A stretch of DNA of 64,000 nucleotides from an uncultured Candidatus Saccharibacteria bacterium (lineage in GTDB: Bacteria > Patescibacteriota > Minisyncoccia > Phycocordibacterales > UBA9973): NCBI GenBank assembly GCA_964398205.1, contig CAYNLU010000003.1, positions 215 to 64,214 on the forward strand. Direction: 5' to 3'. The position numbers and the translations under genes were made by a program. Below are positions 51,279-58,342 of this stretch, piece by piece (positions within the stretch are counted from its first letter, which is position 1; the number at the start of each line of letters is the position of its first letter). The notes under the pieces were generated by a model. The model did no database searches. It was not told the origin of the DNA and was given only the letters and a program-made list of their open reading frames with translations.

Positions 51279-51740
51279 ATGAGATCTATTTTTATTTGGC
51301 TTGTTTTTTTAGTGTTGATTGGATTTGGAGCTTTATTTGTTTTGTCTCGTGAAAATCCTAAAACTATAAAAGAAGAAAAAGCGTCTATCAATTATGTAAA
51401 GATAAACGATACTATTGTTGAAGTTGATATCGCATCGAATGATGTTGAGCGAGCGAAAGGACTTTCAGGTAGAGCAAACCTAAGAGAATACTCTGGTATG
51501 CTTTTTATATTTGATAAATTAAGTCGCAATATGTTTTGGATGAAAGATATGAATTTCCCGATAGATATAATTTGGCTAGATGAAAATAAAAAGATAGTTT
51601 ATATTAAAGAAAACTTAAGCCCGAAAACTTATCCTGAAGTTTTCGGGCCTGAAGCTTATACTATGTATGTGCTTGAAGTTAATAGTGGTTTTGCTAAAAA
51701 ACACAATATTAAATTAGGGGATCAAGCTTCTTTTTTCTAG
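51279..51740 (+). CDS. DUF192 family protein
   Basis: ERAKGLSGR, GMLFIF, FWMKDMNFPIDIIWL, YVLEVNSG. Confidence 0.92.
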   Translation: MRSIFIWLVFLVLIGFGALFVLSRENPKTIKEEKASINYVKINDTIVEVDIASNDVERAKGLSGRANLREYSGMLFIFDKLSRNMFWMKDMNFPIDIIWLDENKKIVYIKENLSPKTYPEVFGPEAYTMYVLEVNSGFAKKHNIKLGDQASFF

Positions 51741-52426
51741 TAGTAGAACAAGAGTCTGCGGAGTATACTTAAAACTGCTAAGAATACTAACAATAATATT
51801 AACCAACCAAAGAAAGTATTCGGTAGAAAATCTCCACTAAATAAAGCATTCGCACTTTGATTATAATTACTATTAGAATAATAGTCTTTGTTATAGTTTG
51901 AATTAATATTTTGATTTAGAGTCCCTGTATTTAAATTACTATTTGTATTTACGTAAACGATTTTAGTTTCTACTACTTTTTTAGTATTCACGCTCGCTAC
52001 TGTACCGGTAGTATTTGTGTTTACTATATTTACTACTTGATTATTAATAATCGGATTTGTTGTTATCATTATAGTATTTCCGCGAACAGTTCCCATAGTA
52101 TTATCAGCTACAATTCTCACATAATAAATACTATCTGGTTTTAGGTTTTTAATAGTTGCACGTACAGGGAATTCGTTACCTTGAGATCCGACAAAGATGT
52201 GATTAGTTTCAGAATAGTTCAAGAAATTCATATCCTCACTGTATTCGAACCACGCAGTAGTCATTACTCCGCCTGGGTTTACGCTACCGTAGACTGTTGC
52301 TTCTTTGGTGCCTGTTGTACTATAAACAGTATTCACGTTGATTACACCCGCAAAAGTAGCAAAAGGGGAAATAGCAAAGGCTATTGGCAGAGCTAAAACT
52401 ATTAATTTTTTCATTAAATTTTTCAT
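51737..52426 (-). CDS. secreted fibronectin-III-like domain protein with C-terminal membrane anchor
   Basis: Signal peptide; AWFEY..LKPDSIYYVRIVA Fn3-like module; FLPNTFFGWL plus TM. Confidence 0.75.
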   Translation of the reverse strand: MKNLMKKLIVLALPIAFAISPFATFAGVINVNTVYSTTGTKEATVYGSVNPGGVMTTAWFEYSEDMNFLNYSETNHIFVGSQGNEFPVRATIKNLKPDSIYYVRIVADNTMGTVRGNTIMITTNPIINNQVVNIVNTNTTGTVASVNTKKVVETKIVYVNTNSNLNTGTLNQNINSNYNKDYYSNSNYNQSANALFSGDFLPNTFFGWLILLLVFLAVLSILRRLLFYY

Positions 52427-52466
52427 ATTATTATACCGTATATTATAGCATTTTATTATAAAAAAG

Positions 52467-52500
52467 TCAAGCCCCGTCAGTCGCGACTGACGGGGCTTGA
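52467..52500. repeat. dispersed palindromic element, copy B (perfect 34-bp palindrome)
   Basis: tcaagccccgtcagtcgcgactgacggggcttga equals its own reverse complement. Confidence 0.9.
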
Positions 52501-52519
52501 AGCTTATTATATTAATGAA

Positions 52520-55420
52520 TTAATGATGCATTGTGTGATCAGTATTTGCTGTATAGTTGTGATTTATTACTGTTTTATTTCTGTGATTATAATACGCCAT
52601 TCTGATAGCAAGGATTATAAGTAAAATAATTAAGATAAGTAATAACCAGCCAAGTAAAGTAGTAGGCAAGAAGCTTCCTCCGAAAATACTTGCTGCTCCT
52701 AATACGTTTCCATTATTTGTTAAGGTATTTTTTGAGTAAGCAAATACTTCTTCTTGAATATTACTACTTGCGATAGTATAAACCATATTTGCAGTAGTTA
52801 CGATAATTTTACCTACTTCTGCACCACGTTCTACTCTAACTTTTAAGAACACACTACCTTCTTCTTGTGGATACAAGTTTTCGATATTTACTACTAGAGT
52901 ATTGTTCTCTTCTGAGAAAACTCCACGACTAGAATCTAAGAAAGTTAATTCTTTTGGTAATACTACGCGTAATACTAGATCTCTTAATAATTCTCCAGAT
53001 ACGTTTTTGTAGTTTACTGTGTATTCGATTTCGTTTCCTAATCCGATAGTTTCGTTATCTCTGTTGATAGTTAAGAATACTAGTGAAGGTTTTGAAATTC
53101 CTACTTCGGTATTTGTAGTTACTACGTTAGTTACAGGTATAACTTCACGATAGATGATTCTTGTATTTGTAGTAGTTGTATTTACTGTACTTGTACCGTT
53201 TACTATTGTATTTCCTCTTGTTCTGAAGTTTTGAATATCTCCACGAGAAGTTCCATATTGATTAGTTACTACTGCACGGAAATAATAAGTTGTGTTTGGA
53301 GTTAAGCCAAATAGACTTGAGTAGAAAGGAGATGAAGCAGAATTTCCGATATATCCGTTATTTGTAGTTCTGTCTAAGTAGTTTGGATTTGTACCGTATT
53401 CAAAGTAACCGTTTGTATTAATATTTCCATTCACTAAACCTAAACCGTTTAGACGAGCCGAGTTATTATCAACGTTAGTTGCGAGAGTGGTTACTGCTGT
53501 TGGAGAACAATTTCCGAATACACAAGTATTGTTATTATTGTAGCCTGTTGTAGAGAAAGTAAGTACGTTACCGTAAACAGTTTGACCGTTACCTTGCGCT
53601 ACTGCACGATAGTAATAAGTTACGTTTTGTTGTAAACCTGTTACGATTTGGTTAAAGTTTCCGCTTGAAATTCCTTGATTTAACTTATTAGTTTGAGTTG
53701 CTAAGTAGTTAGTACTTGTACCGTATTCAAACCAACGAGTAGTATAATTACCATTTGTTTCTACGTAGCCGTTTAATACAGCTGAAGTTGCATAAACTTC
53801 TGTTGGATTATAAGTAGTTACACTCGGAGCATTGTTATTGTAACAATTATAAGTACAACCACCGTTTCCGCTTGTAGTAAAGCTCATTTGATTTCCGTAA
53901 ACAGTTTGACCGTTTTCGTTTTGAGCTACTGCACGATAGTAATAAGTTGTATTTGATTGTAAGCCTCCTAAGTTGTATGAATAATTTACGTTATTTGAAC
54001 TACCGTAATTTGATTGATTAGTTTGATTACCCATACTAGAATTAGTACCCCAATCAAACCAAGCTTTCACATTACTACCTCCGTTTGCAGATACAGTACC
54101 GTTTAGAGTTGCGTAGTTAGTACCTAATCCAGAAGGGGAATTAGTAGTTACACTAGGAGTAATATTTTGATTATTATCTTCTACTGCTACGTAAACAGAA
54201 TCAGAAGCACTTCCACCGTTTCCAGTACAAGTTAGAGTATAAGTTTTGGAGCTTGTTAAGTTGTATTTAGTTTCGTTACCACTTGTATTTTTAGTACCTG
54301 ACCAACCGTTTGAAGCAGTACAGTAATTCGCATTAGTAGAAGACCAAGACAAGGTTGCATTTCCGTTATAAGGAATAGAGTTATCGTTTACAGTTAAGTT
54401 AACAGTCGGAGTATAAACTGGATCTGGATCAGGCATAGAACTTACGTATACAGATACGCTGTCAGATGCAGTTCCACCGTTACCACTACAAGTAATAGTA
54501 TAAGTCTTTGTAGTTGTTAGGCCACCTAGAGAATAACTTCCGTTTGTAGTTTTTGTACCTGTCCATCCACCTGTAGCATAACAAGAGTTTGCATGAGTTG
54601 AAGTCCAAGTTAAAGTTGAATTTCCGTTGTATGCTACAGAAGTTGGATTTGCTACCAAGTTAACAGTCGGAGTATAAACTGGATCTGGATCAGGGATTGC
54701 GGTTACGTAAACCATCGCTGAATCAGAACCTGAACCTCCGTTACCAGTACAAGTTACAGTATAAGTAGTAGAATAGTTTGGATAAACTACTTTAGAACCA
54801 CTAGTACTTGTAGTACCACCGAAATTATTTGAACAGTAAGTTGCGTTTGTTGAAGTCCAAGAAATAACTGAAGAAGAGCCTACATTGATAGAAGTTGGAC
54901 TTGCTGTTACGTTTACTGCTGGAGCTGGGGTAGGGGTAGGGTTACAATTGTAATTACAAGGATTAGGATTACAGTTGTAAGTACAAGTGTTATTACAACC
55001 ACTAGTACAAGTTCCTCCTCCGTTATTATTACCTAAAGTTGTAAAACTTTGCCAAGAACCCCAAGTTGTACCTGAAGTTACTCCAGCTTCTGTAGTAGTA
55101 TTTTCTGCTACACCACGGTAATAATAAGTAGTACCCGGAGTTAAATTAGTAGCATAATAATAACTAGTAACGTTGCTGTTACCACTACCTAGATTTTGCT
55201 GACCAAGTTTTACTCCTTGATTATTTTGCATTTCAAACCAAGCGTTTGTATTCAAACCTTTTGGATTGAAAGTATTTGTTAATGTCGCAGTTGTAGAAGT
55301 TATATTTGTAGCTGTTACTCCTCCGTAGGCTGGTGTTGCAGCGAATGCATTCAGTCCTCCAGAAAGTAATAGTCCAAACACAAAAACCACTGACGCTAAT
55401 TTTTTGACTATATTTTTCAT
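52520..55420 (-). CDS. large cell-surface protein with Fn3-like and Ig-like repeats, a DUF11-like domain and C-terminal anchor
   Basis: Signal peptide; four L.P/S.TTYY(Y/F)RAVA-type modules; three W.ST.A..C..TYT.TC modules; EIEYTVNYKN DUF11-like; FLPTTLLGWL plus TM; 38-bp exact repeat 54396-54433 / 54657-54694. Confidence 0.8.
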   Translation of the reverse strand: MKNIVKKLASVVFVFGLLLSGGLNAFAATPAYGGVTATNITSTTATLTNTFNPKGLNTNAWFEMQNNQGVKLGQQNLGSGNSNVTSYYYATNLTPGTTYYYRGVAENTTTEAGVTSGTTWGSWQSFTTLGNNNGGGTCTSGCNNTCTYNCNPNPCNYNCNPTPTPAPAVNVTASPTSINVGSSSVISWTSTNATYCSNNFGGTTSTSGSKVVYPNYSTTYTVTCTGNGGSGSDSAMVYVTAIPDPDPVYTPTVNLVANPTSVAYNGNSTLTWTSTHANSCYATGGWTGTKTTNGSYSLGGLTTTKTYTITCSGNGGTASDSVSVYVSSMPDPDPVYTPTVNLTVNDNSIPYNGNATLSWSSTNANYCTASNGWSGTKNTSGNETKYNLTSSKTYTLTCTGNGGSASDSVYVAVEDNNQNITPSVTTNSPSGLGTNYATLNGTVSANGGSNVKAWFDWGTNSSMGNQTNQSNYGSSNNVNYSYNLGGLQSNTTYYYRAVAQNENGQTVYGNQMSFTTSGNGGCTYNCYNNNAPSVTTYNPTEVYATSAVLNGYVETNGNYTTRWFEYGTSTNYLATQTNKLNQGISSGNFNQIVTGLQQNVTYYYRAVAQGNGQTVYGNVLTFSTTGYNNNNTCVFGNCSPTAVTTLATNVDNNSARLNGLGLVNGNINTNGYFEYGTNPNYLDRTTNNGYIGNSASSPFYSSLFGLTPNTTYYFRAVVTNQYGTSRGDIQNFRTRGNTIVNGTSTVNTTTTNTRIIYREVIPVTNVVTTNTEVGISKPSLVFLTINRDNETIGLGNEIEYTVNYKNVSGELLRDLVLRVVLPKELTFLDSSRGVFSEENNTLVVNIENLYPQEEGSVFLKVRVERGAEVGKIIVTTANMVYTIASSNIQEEVFAYSKNTLTNNGNVLGAASIFGGSFLPTTLLGWLLLILIILLIILAIRMAYYNHRNKTVINHNYTANTDHTMHH

Positions 55421-55677
55421 AATTTTTTCCGCTATGCGGTATTAATATTGATAATTAACTTAACTTATAAACTTATAATTGACTCCAATATCCTAGCATA
55501 TTTTAAAAAATAAGTCAAGTGCCTATATTGACTTTTCTATTTTTATATGCTATCATATATTTAGTAAAATAGTTCATTGAAAAAGAAAATTTTTGAGACG
55601 AAATTGTCTTTTTGCGCATTAATTTTAAAATTTTAGTGCCTAAAAAGACAATGTCGTCAAAATTAAAATTTCTCATA

Positions 55678-57540
55678 ATGAAAAAAATATTTTTTCTTTT
55701 ATTGGTTCTCTTCGGATTGAGCCAAATTGTAAACGCCCAAAATTTTTTGAAGGGCTTTGATTACGAGACAACAGAGAAGTATCTGAACGCAATGGAAGTA
55801 GTGAAAACTACGCCACCTTTGTATTCGGTTACCGTGAAGTATGGGGAAAGAAACCCTTACTTCGAATGGGAAGATATTTCTCTGAACAGAGAAGGCTGTT
55901 CATTCAGCATTAAAGTTGATGTTTACTGTGATTTCAATGTTTTAACAATTGTTGATTGCAGTGATTGCCAGCAAACATGTTGGAACGGAACTTTGTATCA
56001 GAATGCAATTTTGGTATTAAATCCAGGACTTTACACAGCAACTGTGTTTGGGCCTAATTGCCAAAGTTCTTCAAGCATGAATATTGCAAAAGTGGGTAAC
56101 AAGCCTGAGTTTTCTGTTGAGAGCACAAAAGCTTGTTCCGGTGAAAAAGGAACATTGAGAGTGGCTTCGTTCTCAGAACCACTAGTCTCTTTTGCATGGA
56201 GCAACGGAGCTACGACAAGTAGTATTCAAGTTCCAAAAGGAATGTACTCCGTAACAGCTACCAATGCACAAGGATGTGCAAACGTAGCTCAGGGAGAAGT
56301 AAAAGAATTCTTACCTTCACCAGCACCTATGGTCACACCATCGATAAACGCTGATGGATCAGTAACCTTAACTTCATCTATGCCTTCGGGTAATATGTGG
56401 AGTAATGGAGCAACTTCTCAAAGTATCAAGCCTGAAGTTTCAGGGGTGTATACTTTAAAAGTGAAAGATAGTAATGGATGCTACTCAGCATCCAGTTGCC
56501 CTTCAGCAGTTTCTGTAATTAAAAAAACAGAGATTGTTGAAGTTCATGATACGGTGATAGTAAACTCACCACTTTCGTGTCCACTAACCGCATCTTTCAT
56601 GCATGAAGTAAATTTAAAGAAAGTAAATTTCAAAAATACTTCATCTGGAGAGCCTGTGGGCTACTTGTGGATGTTTGGCGACGGCACTACTTCTACAGAA
56701 GTAAATCCAATGCACGACTATGCACAGGACGGAACCTACGAAGTGAAACTCTTCACTTTCAAAGGTGTTGATCAAAGCATGATTATGGGAAAAGTTTTCA
56801 TTAATACTAAAACTGGAAACGGTGGAGGTGGAAATGCGACTTGTCCAGCTATGGCTTCATTTATGTATGAAGTTGATGGTATGGAAGTAGATTTTAGAAA
56901 TACTTCATCCGGAGATGGACTGCTAAGTTATCTTTGGGATTTTGGAGACGGAACCTCAAGTACTGAAAAAAATCCAGTCCATAAGTATTCACAATACAAA
57001 AGTTACAAAGTAACTCTGTATGTAAATACACCGAACGGATTAATTTCGGCATCACAAAATGTTTGGATTATTGATCAGAACGTTTTGAATGGGACCGTTT
57101 GTGATAGTTTACTGATCAAGGCTAGCAATGGCATGAAAAACGGTGAGGCAATCTTGCCTTATCAGATTACAAGCCAGACAAAACTGGTTTTAGAGCACCC
57201 AAATGCCAATAATTGGTCTTGGAGCCCAACTGGTCAAGCTACCGATTGGTCACTGGTGAAAACTGGTGTTGGAAGACATCATTTTTATGTGTCTTATTTC
57301 GTAAACAATAAGAAGCAATGCTCAGTATTTGATTACGAAATCTTAGGTGGCGGTATTACCGGTACTAACGAAGAAGCCGAGAACAGGTCCAGTAATAGTG
57401 ATAAGGATATTAATGTATATCCTAATCCGACTTCCGGACCCGTTGAATTAGATCTTTCAGGGTTACCTGGAGGCCAATACTTGATTAATGTAATTAGTCA
57501 ATCTGGCCAAACGGTGACCAAAAAAGTAATCAAGCAATAA
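55678..57540 (+). CDS. secreted PKD-domain protein with a T9SS type A-like C-terminal sorting domain
   Basis: MKKIFFLLL..VNA|Q signal; two WSNGAT..I modules; two PKD domains (WMFGDG, WDFGDG); VYPNPTSG..GQYLI..TKKVIKQ. Confidence 0.8.
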   Translation: MKKIFFLLLVLFGLSQIVNAQNFLKGFDYETTEKYLNAMEVVKTTPPLYSVTVKYGERNPYFEWEDISLNREGCSFSIKVDVYCDFNVLTIVDCSDCQQTCWNGTLYQNAILVLNPGLYTATVFGPNCQSSSSMNIAKVGNKPEFSVESTKACSGEKGTLRVASFSEPLVSFAWSNGATTSSIQVPKGMYSVTATNAQGCANVAQGEVKEFLPSPAPMVTPSINADGSVTLTSSMPSGNMWSNGATSQSIKPEVSGVYTLKVKDSNGCYSASSCPSAVSVIKKTEIVEVHDTVIVNSPLSCPLTASFMHEVNLKKVNFKNTSSGEPVGYLWMFGDGTTSTEVNPMHDYAQDGTYEVKLFTFKGVDQSMIMGKVFINTKTGNGGGGNATCPAMASFMYEVDGMEVDFRNTSSGDGLLSYLWDFGDGTSSTEKNPVHKYSQYKSYKVTLYVNTPNGLISASQNVWIIDQNVLNGTVCDSLLIKASNGMKNGEAILPYQITSQTKLVLEHPNANNWSWSPTGQATDWSLVKTGVGRHHFYVSYFVNNKKQCSVFDYEILGGGITGTNEEAENRSSNSDKDINVYPNPTSGPVELDLSGLPGGQYLINVISQSGQTVTKKVIKQ

Positions 57541-57561
57541 AAGTTTGCTTGGTATCGAAAT

Positions 57562-57604
57562 AAAGCCTTGAGCTACTTAAGTGTAGCCAAGGCTTTTTTA
57601 TTTT
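57562..57604 (+). terminator. intrinsic terminator after the PKD/T9SS gene
   Basis: aaagccttg-agctac..gtagc-caaggcttt followed by T-run. Confidence 0.7.
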
Positions 57605-57630
57605 ACCCAGTCGGTCTAGACTGACTGGGT
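57605..57630. repeat. dispersed palindromic element, copy C
   Basis: acccagtcggtctagactgactgggt. Confidence 0.8.
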
Positions 57631-57665
57631 TTGCAATTTTTTGAGAGTATTGTATACTATAAAAG

Positions 57666-58025
57666 TTTTGTATTGTGATAACTACGCGAGTTTCGACTCG
57701 TGAGGAAAGTCCGAACATTCATTCATTAAATTGAAAAGTGTAGTGGGTAATACCCATCCACCGCAAGGTGCGAGGTGCGAGCAGAGACGCTGATGTTTAC
57801 CCGACGTAAGTTTGGTAGGCGGGCCGAAAGGCTAGGCTTCCTTATAGGAAGAGTTTCGTAGTAATACGAAAGTGAAACGGCTAAATCCTTACATGAATGC
57901 AAGATCGTGTCCCGAGCGCAAGTGAGGGAAGAATCGCTTGAGGTATTGAGTAATCAATATCCTAGATAAATTGTTATCTCTTTTATGAAAATAAAAGATA
58001 CAGAATTCGGCTTATAGGTACAAAA
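57666..58025 (+). ncRNA. rnpB: RNase P RNA
   Basis: GAGGAAAGTCC (CR-I), GTGCGAGCAGAG, GTGAAACGG, ACAGAATTCGGCTTA (CR-V); P1 ttttgtatt/ggtacaaaa; promoter TTGCAA..TATACT upstream. Confidence 0.95.
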
Positions 58026-58032
58026 TACAAAT

Positions 58033-58060
58033 GAAAAATCCCTCGCAAGAGGGATTTTTC
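58033..58060 (+). terminator. terminator after rnpB
   Basis: gaaaaatccctc-gcaa-gagggatttttc. Confidence 0.85.
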
Positions 58061-58070
58061 TATTTTGCTA

Positions 58071-58099
58071 TTGACTTATAACTTCTAGTATGCTATACT
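58071..58099 (+). promoter_or_regulatory. near-consensus sigma70 promoter with no plausible CDS downstream
   Basis: TTGACT-17 nt-TATACT with extended -10 TG. Confidence 0.75.
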
Positions 58100-58105
58100 C
58101 TATTT

Positions 58106-58192
58106 GTGAGTGTGAGGCCCGGAGCAATCCTTAGGACTTACATTATTCGAAACAATATATGTGCCGCAAAAAGCCCCGCAAGGGGCTTTTTG
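58106..58192 (+). ncRNA. candidate unknown small RNA (~87 nt)
   Basis: Lies between a strong promoter and terminator aaaagcccc-gcaa-ggggctttt; GC-rich 5' hairpin GUGAGU..ACUUAC. Confidence 0.5.
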
Positions 58193-58224
58193 TTTTATAT
58201 AGTATACAAAAACATTATTTTAAA

Positions 58225-58332
58225 TAGTACGGAAAAGCAAATCAATGAAATTTCTGAATCCTCGCCCTCGGAGTCAAAAGGACAGGGGACCCGCGATTCT
58301 TAAAATTTCATTGATTTGCTTTTTTCGTGCTA
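58225..58332. repeat. long inverted repeat (21-bp perfect arms, GC-rich apex), MITE-like or structured RNA
   Basis: aaaagcaaatcaatgaaattt (58233-58253) and aaatttcattgatttgctttt (58303-58323). Confidence 0.75.
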
Positions 58333-58342
58333 AAATATATCT

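Noticed and set aside
57530-57718. 62-aa minus-strand ORF
   Set aside because: It overlaps a terminator, palindrome copy C and the 5' end of rnpB
58106-58303. 65-aa ORF starting at GTG 58106
   Set aside because: It runs through a strong intrinsic terminator and an inverted repeat and has no protein-like features; an sRNA reading fits better
58225-58332. SRP (4.5S) RNA
   Set aside because: Size and hairpin shape fit, but the conserved domain IV CAGG..GNRA..AGCAG motif is absent on both strands
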